Shown here one piece after another: positions 18,448-26,160 of a stretch of DNA of 32,000 nucleotides. The stretch's first letter is position 1. Every line of letters begins with the position of its first letter. A program made the translations under genes and the position numbers. The DNA lies in contig NZ_JAQFIQ010000008.1 of the NCBI RefSeq assembly GCF_029504745.1, forward strand, positions 32,234 through 64,233. Reading direction: 5' to 3'. The stretch is from Breznakia sp. PF5-3. GTDB lineage: Bacteria > Bacillota_I > Bacilli_A > Erysipelotrichales > Erysipelotrichaceae. Under the pieces are notes generated by a model. It was not told where the DNA came from. It ran no database searches and saw only the letters and a program-made list of their open reading frames with translations.

Positions 18448-18463
18448 TGTTTCACGTGGAACA
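18448..18463. other. parS: parS (ParB/Spo0J binding site)
   Basis: TGTTTCACGTGGAACA. Its reverse complement TGTTCCACGTGAAACA fits the Bacillus-type consensus TGTTNCACGTGAAACA at every specified position. Confidence 0.75.
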
Positions 18464-18473
18464 TATTTGCATC

Positions 18474-18501
18474 TTGAAGAAATAATCTGATGTGGTATAA
18501 T
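18474..18501 (+). promoter_or_regulatory. SRP RNA promoter (TTGAAG, 16 nt, TGtgGTATAAT)
   Basis: -35 at 18474-18479 and -10 TATAAT at 18496-18501, about 7 nt before the first base of the SRP RNA closing helix. Confidence 0.55.
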
Positions 18502-18507
18502 AACAAT

Positions 18508-19098
<591 letters not shown>

Positions 19099-19119
19099 AT
19101 AGTGAAGGATATGTAAATT

Positions 19120-19128
19120 TGGTATAAT
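19120..19128 (+). promoter_or_regulatory. Extended -10 element (TGgTATAAT) upstream of dnaX
   Basis: TGG TATAAT at 19120-19128, 28 nt before the dnaX ATG. The -35 is weak. Confidence 0.4.
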
Positions 19129-19156
19129 AGAATTTAAGAAAGAAGGTAAAAAACAT

Positions 19157-21088
19157 ATGGCATATAAAGCACTTTATAGAACCTATCGTCCAGAAGGTTT
19201 TGAAGATATGGCTGGACAAAAACATATTATCAAAACATTGGAAAATGCAGTAAACAATAATAAGATAGCACACGCCTATTTATTTTGTGGGCCAAGAGGA
19301 ACAGGAAAAACATCAACTGCAAAAATCTTTGCGAAAGCAGTAAACTGTCAAGGCGAGGTAAAACCTTGTGGGATGTGTGAAAGTTGTAAAAGTGTAAATG
19401 AAGGAATACATCCAGATATTATTGAAATTGATGCAGCGAGTAATAATGGTGTTGAAGAAGTGCGTAATCTAATCGATAAAGTAAAATATGCTCCTATTAA
19501 AGGAAAATATAAAGTTTATATTATTGATGAGGTTCATATGATGTCACAAGGAGCGTATAATGCTCTATTGAAAACAATTGAAGAACCACCAGCACATGTC
19601 ATTTTTATTTTCGCAACAACAGAGCCATATAAAGTATTACCAACTATAATTTCAAGATGTCAGCGATTTGATTTTGCGAAAATTAGTCCAAAAGAAATTA
19701 TCAAGCGTTTATCCTTTGTTTGTGATAAAGAAGGAATCAAATACGAAAATGGAGTATTAGAGATAATTGCTGAGTTAGCTGATGGAGGAATGCGGGATGC
19801 ATTGAGTATTCTAGATCAATGTTATGCATATGCTCCTGAGAACATTAAACAAAAAGATGTATTTGATATTTATGGAATTCTTACAACACAGGAAAAAATA
19901 GAGATATTTGAATATATTAAAAAGAAAAACACTGCAGAATTAATGAATAAGATAAATCAATTGGATCAACGAGGCGTAGATATCAAACGATTAACAAGTG
20001 ATTTAGTAGAACTGCTAAAAGAAAAAATAATTTATGATTATACAAAAGACGAAACAATGCTTGTTTCTCTTACAAAAGAAACAGTAGCAACACTAAGTGC
20101 AGGTTTGGATGCAAAAGAGAGCTTAGAAATGATTGATGTTCTAATGGATAGTTATGAAAAGTATCGCAATGCATCTAATATAATTTCTTATTTGGAAATA
20201 GCGCTACTAAAAATGATGGGAATTGTTTCACGTGAAACATTTGAAGAAACACCAATATTAAGAGTAGAGAAAGAAGATAGAGAAGTCATTGATGCTCCAA
20301 AACCAATTTTTGAAGAAAAAGAAGTGGTTGAACCAGTAGTTGCTGATGAACCTATTGAAATAGAGGAAGAAATATCAGAAAGTGAAGAAATACAAAGCGA
20401 AGAAGTAAAACCAGTGGAAGAGCAGGAACCTTCACAGGTAGAGGAAGTAAGCAGTGAAAATGCTTTGTTTGAACAATCTGAAACAGAACCCGAAGAAGAT
20501 AATTCATATATTCTTGGAGAAACAGATATTGAACAAACTGATAAAGACTATGAAGAAGAAATAATTGAAACGATTGATCAGGTTGCTGAAGAATACGTAG
20601 AGGATAAACCAAGGGAATTTAAAACTTTAGATGATTCTTATATTCTTCAATTATTAGTGAGTGCTAATAAGAAAGAAAAAGAAGAAGATAAAGAACAGAT
20701 GAAAGGTATTTATGATTATAGACTTGATTTAGATTATGCAAAATATGCGAATTTGTTAGGATCAAATGAAATTATTGCAAGTGGAGAAGGCTTCTTAATC
20801 ATGTGTACCAATTCGCAAGCGTTGGCAAATGAAATCAATGAATTAGATAAACAGGGAGAATTTATTTCTTTTATAAATCTATTAATAAAGAAAAAGAAAA
20901 AAGTATTTGCTATTACGAATGTTCAATATGAAAGAGTTGTTGATGAATTTAGAAATAAACAAAGAATCAATGCGTTACCTGAACCTATCATCGTACAGGT
21001 TAACGATATAGAAGAAGAAAGAGATGAAACAATGGAATCATTAAATATTTTATTTGGTAAGAATATTGATATTAAGGAGGATGAATAA
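19157..21088 (+). CDS. dnaX: DNA polymerase III subunit tau/gamma
   Basis: 643 aa. N-terminus MAYKALYRTYRPEGFEDMAGQ, Walker A GPRGTGKTS, a Zn module CxxCxxC, the DEVHM box and SRCQRF. It has a long E-rich linker. Confidence 0.95.
   Translation: MAYKALYRTYRPEGFEDMAGQKHIIKTLENAVNNNKIAHAYLFCGPRGTGKTSTAKIFAKAVNCQGEVKPCGMCESCKSVNEGIHPDIIEIDAASNNGVEEVRNLIDKVKYAPIKGKYKVYIIDEVHMMSQGAYNALLKTIEEPPAHVIFIFATTEPYKVLPTIISRCQRFDFAKISPKEIIKRLSFVCDKEGIKYENGVLEIIAELADGGMRDALSILDQCYAYAPENIKQKDVFDIYGILTTQEKIEIFEYIKKKNTAELMNKINQLDQRGVDIKRLTSDLVELLKEKIIYDYTKDETMLVSLTKETVATLSAGLDAKESLEMIDVLMDSYEKYRNASNIISYLEIALLKMMGIVSRETFEETPILRVEKEDREVIDAPKPIFEEKEVVEPVVADEPIEIEEEISESEEIQSEEVKPVEEQEPSQVEEVSSENALFEQSETEPEEDNSYILGETDIEQTDKDYEEEIIETIDQVAEEYVEDKPREFKTLDDSYILQLLVSANKKEKEEDKEQMKGIYDYRLDLDYAKYANLLGSNEIIASGEGFLIMCTNSQALANEINELDKQGEFISFINLLIKKKKKVFAITNVQYERVVDEFRNKQRINALPEPIIVQVNDIEEERDETMESLNILFGKNIDIKEDE
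20224..20239. other. parS: parS (perfect palindrome) inside dnaX
   Basis: TGTTTCACGTGAAACA is its own reverse complement and fits TGTTNCACGTGAAACA. It lies in dnaX codons I-V-S-R-E-T. Confidence 0.75.
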
Positions 21089-21396
21089 TGGATTTAAATG
21101 CATTAATGAAACAAGCACAGAAGATGCAAGATGATTTACAGGAAACCGAAAAAGAATTAAAAGAAAAAAAATATACGGAAAGTGTTGGTGGAGGTGTTGT
21201 GGAAGTAACACTCAATGGTCACTTTCAATTAGAAAACGTTTCTATAAGTGATGAATTATTAGAAAAAGATAATAAAGGTGTTGTAGAAGATTTGGTTCAA
21301 TTAGCTATAAATAAAGTGTTAGAACAAGCAACCAAAGATAAAGATGAAAGGATGGCAGCATTGACTTCTGGTATCAATATGCCAGGAATGTTTTGA
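21088..21396 (+). CDS. ybaB: Nucleoid-associated protein YbaB/EbfC
   Basis: 102 aa. MDLNALMKQAQKMQDDLQ and GGGVVEVTLNG are typical of this family. dnaX-ybaB-recR order. Its start overlaps the dnaX stop (TAATG). Confidence 0.9.
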   Translation: MDLNALMKQAQKMQDDLQETEKELKEKKYTESVGGGVVEVTLNGHFQLENVSISDELLEKDNKGVVEDLVQLAINKVLEQATKDKDERMAALTSGINMPGMF

Positions 21397-21989
21397 TGTA
21401 TCCAAAGAAGTTTGAAAATTTAATTGATTGTTTGCGTAAACTTCCTGGGGTAGGATTAAAAAGTGCAGAACGTTATGCCTTTGATATGTTGGATTATTCT
21501 GATGAAGATATAGAAGCCTTCATTGAAAGTTTACAAGGATTAAAAGATTCTATTCATCGTTGTGAAAGATGTGGTAATCTTGCTGAAGATACACTTTGTG
21601 ATATTTGTAAAGATGAGAGTAGAAATCAAAAAGTAATCTTTGTAGTGCAAAACCCTAAAGATGTGGTTGCAATGGAAAAGACAAATGAATATCATGGGTT
21701 ATATCATGTATTAAATGGAGTAATCTCAACTTCGAAGGGAGTCATGCCAGAAGATATTAATCTAGCATCACTATTGGAGCGATTAAATGATCAAGTAGAA
21801 GAAGTAATAATCGCTACAAATCCAACAGTAGAAGGGGAAACAACAGCATTATATATATCAAAGTTATTAGAGAATAAAAATATTACTGTGACGAGAATTG
21901 CGCATGGCTTACCTATGGGAGGTCATTTAGATTATGCAGATGAGTTGACCTTAATTAAAGCATTAGAAGGCCGTAATAAAATGAAATAG
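21396..21989 (+). CDS. recR: Recombination protein RecR
   Basis: Start at the ATG at 21396, overlapping the ybaB TGA. HhH motif LPGVGLKSAERYAF, Cys4 zinc finger CERCGNL...CDIC, and a Toprim domain. Confidence 0.95.
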   Translation: MYPKKFENLIDCLRKLPGVGLKSAERYAFDMLDYSDEDIEAFIESLQGLKDSIHRCERCGNLAEDTLCDICKDESRNQKVIFVVQNPKDVVAMEKTNEYHGLYHVLNGVISTSKGVMPEDINLASLLERLNDQVEEVIIATNPTVEGETTALYISKLLENKNITVTRIAHGLPMGGHLDYADELTLIKALEGRNKMK

Positions 21990-22001
21990 GAAATGAATAA
22001 A

Positions 22002-22033
22002 GTACACCTTGTGTTATGCAAGGTGTATTTTGT
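22002..22033 (+). terminator. Intrinsic terminator after recR
   Basis: TACACCTTG / CAAGGTGTA stem, 7-nt loop, TTTTGTTT. Confidence 0.7.
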
Positions 22034-22035
22034 TT

Positions 22036-22347
22036 ATGACTAAAACACAATATCTATCAAAACTTTAAAGAAACAAAAATATCAATTCACGGCCATTAAA
22101 TAAGCCTTTAGATTTACATTGTGGTGTTAATATGAGAATGATATAATTGAATATGAAGTATAAATAAACGGATTGTAAATTGAGGTGTCAGAATATAGAA
22201 AATGTGATTAAAAGGTGCAAAGAAAAAATTAGGCTTTCCAATGCGGAAATCAAAAGAAAAGGAAAAAGCAGGTATATAATGAATGATAATTGTATTTTTA
22301 CAGTAAATGCGTATAGTTATACCATGATTACTGCTCATAAAAAATGA
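22036..22347 (+). pseudogene. Possible decayed MerR-type N-terminal (wHTH) region of a BmrR-like regulator, now separated from its GyrI-like domain
   Basis: About 310 nt with stops in all frames. Fragments in two frames weakly resemble MerR motifs (KISIH / LSKL; Y-K-stop-TDCKL against YRYYTDxxL; KKLGFPMRKSKE against xLGFSLEEIKE). The last open frame (22168-22347) ends in a TGA overlapping the ATG of the GyrI-like ORF (ATGATGA). This is weak and composition-prone evidence. Confidence 0.25.
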
Positions 22348-22814
22348 TGAATTATTCTATAAAGGAATTAAACGCATTTTCAGTTATCGGACAGGAAATA
22401 GAAGTTACTAAGCATCAAAAAAAGAATATTCAAATTAGTACACAGTTTTGGAGAAAGTTTAATAGTAATTTAAAAAAATCACATCTTTCACAATCGGGGA
22501 ATTGGGTAAAATATGCTTTTATGGAAAGAAGAAACGGGAAACTTTATTATTTTTGTTCTATTCCAAAGAAGACAATTACTCCAGAGGGCTTTCTGTATAA
22601 AGAAATACCTTCTTATAAATATTTAGTTGCACAACATATTGGTGCCATGGATAAAATATATGAAACTTATAGAAAGATATATCAAGAAATTATTCCTAGT
22701 ACACCATATACGCCTATAAAAGATGTTATCCTACACTTTGAAAAATATGATCACCGTTTTCATTGGAAAAGAGATAATTCAGTTATTGAGATTTGGATAC
22801 CTATTCAAGATTAA
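22344..22814 (+). CDS. GyrI-like small-molecule-binding domain protein (AraC/MerR effector-binding-domain fold), stand-alone
   Basis: 156 aa. It begins with the IKELNAFSVIGQE pattern (family pattern: I.elpa..vvG) and ends with the IEIWIPI pattern typical of GyrI-like/SbmC-like domains. No recognisable SD upstream. Confidence 0.7.
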   Translation: MMNYSIKELNAFSVIGQEIEVTKHQKKNIQISTQFWRKFNSNLKKSHLSQSGNWVKYAFMERRNGKLYYFCSIPKKTITPEGFLYKEIPSYKYLVAQHIGAMDKIYETYRKIYQEIIPSTPYTPIKDVILHFEKYDHRFHWKRDNSVIEIWIPIQD

Positions 22815-22838
22815 ATTCAATTCTATATCTATATACAT

Positions 22839-22870
22839 AAAGCAGTTAGATCTAGGACTAACTGCTTTTA
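22839..22870 (+). terminator. Intrinsic terminator after the GyrI-like gene
   Basis: AAAGCAGTTAG / CTAACTGCTTT stem, 8-nt loop, T-rich tail. Confidence 0.6.
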
Positions 22871-22879
22871 TTTGCATTA

Positions 22880-22912
22880 ATAAAAACCTCTAAAGCTTTC
22901 ACTTTAAAGGTA
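22880..22912 (-). terminator. Intrinsic terminator after the patatin-like gene
   Basis: ACCTTTAAAG / CTTTAGAGGT stem (one mismatch) followed on the minus strand by TTTTTATT. Confidence 0.45.
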
Positions 22913-22918
22913 TACAAG

Positions 22919-23764
22919 TTATTTTAAAAAACTTAGTAAATCATCATAACTATCTTTCGCATCTTGATAGCCTTGTTCATATAAAGAGCGTAATTTTTGT
23001 TTGTTTTTTTCTAATTGTGATATTTTCACTTCACTCTGTGGTTGAATAACAAATACTTTCTTTTGTCTTTTCATCAACTCAATATAGTTAAGTGTATTGT
23101 TGTAATTGAGATGTCGTTCTTCAACCGCCTTTACAAAGTTTGGATACTTTTTAAATTGTTTACGAATCAATGGCATTAAACGGTTTTTTCCTTTGCGATA
23201 TGCAGGATCACGAGTAAGAATTAATACATGCTTCTCATAACCTAAACTTTCAGCATAACGAAGTGGTATAGAATCAGCAATTCCACCATCCAATAATTTT
23301 CTACCATCGACTTCAACAATTGGAGCTAATAGGGGTATAGAAATACTAGCCTTTAAGTAATCGATATCTGTATACATATTAACTATATTGCGGTATACAG
23401 GCAATCCTGTTTCAACATCACTGGAAACTGCAATTAGTTGAGCTTTATTGTTGTGATATGCTTCATAGTCAAATAAATTTAGTTTGTTAGGAATATCATC
23501 AAACATAAAGTCCATCCCAAAAGCACTTTTTGTCTTAATCAAATTTCGAAAACTTAAATAATCACTTCCATCAAGATAGTCGGTATTTATCTGAAAGTTC
23601 CTTCCTATTTGCTTTGATAAATAATTACAGCCATGACAAGAACCTGCACTTACACCAATGACGGTTTCGAATTCAATTTGCTTTTCTAAAAGAAAATCAA
23701 GAACACCTGCAGTATAAACGCCACGCATACCTCCACCTTCTAAAAGTAAAGAAGATTTATACAT
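22919..23764 (-). CDS. Patatin-like phospholipase family protein
   Basis: Track ORF trimmed to the ATG at 23764 (MYKSSLLLEGGGMRG), with a GAGGTG RBS 6 nt upstream. Oxyanion GGGMRG, the nucleophile elbow GVSAG (GxSxG) and the catalytic DGG. Confidence 0.85.
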   Translation of the reverse strand: MYKSSLLLEGGGMRGVYTAGVLDFLLEKQIEFETVIGVSAGSCHGCNYLSKQIGRNFQINTDYLDGSDYLSFRNLIKTKSAFGMDFMFDDIPNKLNLFDYEAYHNNKAQLIAVSSDVETGLPVYRNIVNMYTDIDYLKASISIPLLAPIVEVDGRKLLDGGIADSIPLRYAESLGYEKHVLILTRDPAYRKGKNRLMPLIRKQFKKYPNFVKAVEERHLNYNNTLNYIELMKRQKKVFVIQPQSEVKISQLEKNKQKLRSLYEQGYQDAKDSYDDLLSFLK

Positions 23765-23880
23765 AAATATCACCTCTATATAGTTTCAAATGATAACAAA
23801 AAAATCTGAAATTAACAAGTATATATTAATGAAATGAAAAAAGATTTGCTAGTTAAAACGTAGACTTGTTTTAAAGAAGT

Positions 23881-23889
23881 TGATATAAT
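23881..23889 (+). promoter_or_regulatory. Extended -10 element (TGaTATAAT) upstream of darA
   Basis: TGA TATAAT at 23881-23889, 21 nt before the ATG. Confidence 0.4.
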
Positions 23890-23910
23890 TTAGTAAAGGA
23901 AGTGAAAGAT

Positions 23911-24234
23911 ATGAAATTAATTTTAGCAATTATGTCAAATGATGATAGTCACAGTGTTTCAAGTGCATTAACAAAGGATAATTTCCAAGTTACTAGATTG
24001 GCAACAACAGGTGGATTTTTAAGAGCTGGAAACACAACTTTAATTGTTGGAACAGATAACGATAAAGTTGATCGAGCAATTGAAGTAATTGGAGAATACA
24101 GTAGAAAGAGAACAGAAGTAGTACCTTCAACAGCATCTTATGATATTGGTCGTTTTGCCTCATTCCCTGTGGAAGTACAGGTAGGTGGAGCAACTATATT
24201 TGTATTAGATGTAGAACAATTTGTGAAGTTATAA
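23911..24234 (+). CDS. darA: PII-like cyclic-di-AMP receptor protein (DarA/PstA, YaaQ family)
   Basis: Start trimmed to the ATG at 23911 (MKLILAIMSNDDSHSVSSALTKDNFQVTRLATTGGFLRAGNTT). It resembles, from memory, B. subtilis YaaQ (MKLIVAVVQDQDS...FRVTKLATTGGFLKSGNTT...VEVGGATVFVL). Confidence 0.8.
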   Translation: MKLILAIMSNDDSHSVSSALTKDNFQVTRLATTGGFLRAGNTTLIVGTDNDKVDRAIEVIGEYSRKRTEVVPSTASYDIGRFASFPVEVQVGGATIFVLDVEQFVKL

Positions 24235-24256
24235 AAAGACGCAAGTCTTTTTTTTT
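24233..24256 (+). terminator. Intrinsic terminator after darA
   Basis: AAGAC-GCAA-GTCTT hairpin followed by T9. Confidence 0.6.
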
Positions 24257-24322
24257 GAGCACTTTCATGGCATTAAAAACAGGTGATGTTATAATGAAGA
24301 CACATAATAGGAGGATATTTAT

Positions 24323-24922
24323 ATGAAAACAATTTTGGATAGTATTAAGGATAGAAGATCAATTTATACAATAAACGATAATCCAGTATTAAAGGATGAA
24401 GAATTAGAGAAATTGATAAAGGAAGTTACAAAACATGTTCCATCACCTTACAATATGCAAAGTCAAAGGGTTGTATTGTTGTTAGGGGAAGAACATCATA
24501 AATTATGGAACATCGTATTAGAAACACTTCGTAAAATGGTTCCAGAGGAAAAGTTTGGAACAACAGAAGCAAAAATTAAAACAGCATTTGATGCAGGATA
24601 TGCAACAATTTTATATTTTGAAGATGAAGATGTAGTAAAGAGTATGGGCGACAAGTTTCCATCATATCGAGAAAACTTTAATACGTGGTCAACTCAAGCA
24701 AATGGAATGTTGCAGTATGCTTTATGGACAACCTTAGAATCTGAAGGATATGGAGCATCATTGCAGCACTATAACCCAATCATTGATGATGAGGTTAAAG
24801 AAACGTGGAACTTACCAAAGTCTTGGAAGTTATATGCACAAATGCCAATTGGAAAACCAACAGGGGAACCTGGAGATAAAGAATTTATGCCAATTGATGA
24901 AAAAGTAAAAGTATTTAAATAA
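24323..24922 (+). CDS. Nitroreductase family protein
   Basis: 199 aa. N-terminal DRRSIY motif and overall length and pattern of NAD(P)H-flavin nitroreductases. AGGAGG RBS. A TGtTATAAT extended -10 at 24287-24295. Confidence 0.85.
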   Translation: MKTILDSIKDRRSIYTINDNPVLKDEELEKLIKEVTKHVPSPYNMQSQRVVLLLGEEHHKLWNIVLETLRKMVPEEKFGTTEAKIKTAFDAGYATILYFEDEDVVKSMGDKFPSYRENFNTWSTQANGMLQYALWTTLESEGYGASLQHYNPIIDDEVKETWNLPKSWKLYAQMPIGKPTGEPGDKEFMPIDEKVKVFK

Positions 24923-24923
24923 T

Positions 24924-24952
24924 AGCTGGTCCAAAAAGGATCAGCTTTTTTT
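24924..24952 (+). terminator. Intrinsic terminator after the nitroreductase gene
   Basis: AGCTGGTCC / GGATCAGCT stem, A5 loop, T6. Confidence 0.65.
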
Positions 24953-24979
24953 GACATATATAAAATAATGGAGTATTAT
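24951..24979 (+). promoter_or_regulatory. Promoter of the TetR-flavodoxin operon (TTGACA, 17 nt, TATTAT)
   Basis: Consensus -35 TTGACA at 24951-24956, 17-nt spacer, TATTAT at 24974-24979. Confidence 0.6.
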
Positions 24980-25010
24980 TAACAGTGTTAATAAAATTAA
25001 CGATGTTAAT
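24978..25010. promoter_or_regulatory. Two tandem 15-bp palindromic operators (ATTAAC-nnn-GTTAAT), presumed TetR autoregulatory sites
   Basis: ATTAACAGTGTTAAT at 24978-24992 and ATTAACGATGTTAAT at 24996-25010, centres 18 bp apart. The first overlaps the -10 and the predicted TSS. Confidence 0.55.
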
Positions 25011-25026
25011 GAAAGGTGATGATAAT

Positions 25027-25623
25027 TTGAGTAAGCGAAGAGTGGAAGAGAAGCAAGCAATGAAGGTGAAGATTCAAAACGCTGCTATCGAAATAATAAG
25101 AAGTGAAGGGTATGATAAATTATCGTTACGGAAGATTGCTGCTAAAATAGATTATTCAGCAACCAATATTTATAATTATTATCAAAATAAGGCAGATATA
25201 ATTAAAAGTATAATTATTCGCAAATCAACAGAAATTGTGGAAACGGTTGATAAGGAATTAAAGAAGAAACAAAACTTATCAATGGAAGAGCAGTTTCGAT
25301 GGTTAGTACGTATTTTCATAGAAACAATGATTGATGATCCTGAACAAGTAAGAGCAGTTTTTCAAACAGGAATCAATATTTATGCAGATTATGAATTGGA
25401 TGAAGAGAATATTGATGGAGAACCTAAAATATTACAATTTTTAAATGAAGGATATCAACAAGGTGTTTTTAAACAGATGAATGAATCAACAGCAGTACTA
25501 ATCATAGTGAATTTGTTAGGGGTTGCTTCTTATATTTTAAATAATCAAATAAATGATCCAAAACAAATTGATTTACTTATTGAAAATGAAAGTAATATAT
25601 TATTAACAGGTATTTTAAAGTAA
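25027..25623 (+). CDS. TetR/AcrR family transcriptional regulator
   Basis: HTH region IQNAAIEIIRSEGYDKLSLRKIAAKIDYSATNIYNYYQNK. I prefer the TTG start at 25027 (AAGGTGAT SD 7 nt upstream). The track start (GTG 24985) would lie at or before the predicted TSS. ATGs at 25003 and 25009 are alternatives. Confidence 0.8.
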   Translation: MSKRRVEEKQAMKVKIQNAAIEIIRSEGYDKLSLRKIAAKIDYSATNIYNYYQNKADIIKSIIIRKSTEIVETVDKELKKKQNLSMEEQFRWLVRIFIETMIDDPEQVRAVFQTGINIYADYELDEENIDGEPKILQFLNEGYQQGVFKQMNESTAVLIIVNLLGVASYILNNQINDPKQIDLLIENESNILLTGILK

Positions 25624-25632
25624 GGAGATACA

Positions 25633-26109
25633 ATGAAAACATTAATACTATATGGAAGTAAGCATGGATGTACAGAAGATGTAGCAAATACACTTGCAAA
25701 GCAACTTAATCGTCCTGTAGAAGTAAAAAACATTGAAGATGCTAATGTAGATTTAAGTTCATATTATAATATAGTCTTAGGAAGCTCTATCTATGCTGGA
25801 CAAATGAATAAGAAACTCAAGAAATACATAAAGGAACATGAAGCAGAATTAAAAGAAAAAGCAGTATCGGTTTTTTTATGTAGAGGACAAGCAGATGATC
25901 AATTTGATAAAGTGTTAAAAGAAAACCTTCCTGAGATATACGATAGTATAAAATATAAAGGAGACTTTGGGGGAGAGTTTCGTAAAGATCGAATGGGATT
26001 CATGGAAAAGAAATTAATTAATATGATTTCAAAAAAAACAGGTGGTGAAGAACCTATTGTATCAGCAAGTGCTATTCAGATGTTTGTAGAAAATTTAAAT
26101 AATGAATAA
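25633..26109 (+). CDS. Flavodoxin-like domain protein (HemG-like/Flavodoxin_5 type)
   Basis: 158 aa. N-terminus MKTLILYGSKHGCTEDVA is typical of flavodoxin-fold FMN proteins. It starts 9 nt after the TetR stop, with an AAGGAG RBS, so it is in the same operon. Confidence 0.8.
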   Translation: MKTLILYGSKHGCTEDVANTLAKQLNRPVEVKNIEDANVDLSSYYNIVLGSSIYAGQMNKKLKKYIKEHEAELKEKAVSVFLCRGQADDQFDKVLKENLPEIYDSIKYKGDFGGEFRKDRMGFMEKKLINMISKKTGGEEPIVSASAIQMFVENLNNE

Positions 26110-26111
26110 AT

Positions 26112-26160
26112 AAAAAGCTAGTATGGAAGAATGAAGTTAATTCTTTATACTAGCTTTTTA
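26112..26160. terminator. Bidirectional terminator between the flavodoxin-like and EamA genes
   Basis: AAAAGCTAGTAT / ATACTAGCTTTT outer stem enclosing an AAGAAT/ATTCTT helix. A-run 5' and T-run 3'. Confidence 0.65.

Noticed and set aside
18459-18470. GAACATATTTGC as a LexA (Cheo box GAAC-N4-GTTC) site
   Set aside because: The right half does not match GTTC, and the left half is simply part of the parS palindrome.
20352-20612. Minus-strand 86-aa ORF inside dnaX
   Set aside because: It is the antisense frame of the GAA-rich acidic linker (L/F/Q-rich translation), a composition artefact.
20885-20905. A-rich tract AAGAAAAAGAAAAAAG in dnaX as a programmed -1 frameshift site (gamma/tau)
   Set aside because: In the zero frame the heptamers are G AAA AAG and G AAA AAA, not the A AAA AAG type. 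The site is near the C-terminus (about residue 578), far past where gamma would end, and there is no downstream stem-loop. The 20224 palindrome is better explained as parS and has no slippery sequence before it.
22114-22338. Minus-strand 74-aa ORF in the recR/GyrI-like gap
   Set aside because: The translation is low-complexity I/F/N-rich. There is no RBS, and it would run head-on into the recR terminator. It looks like a chance ORF in AT-rich non-coding DNA.
22919-23764. Patatin-like lipase as a defence effector (for example CBASS CapV-like)
   Set aside because: No cyclase, sensor or other defence partner gene is adjacent. It is a monocistronic gene between its own promoter region and terminator. 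It looks like the common housekeeping patatin family of Bacillota.
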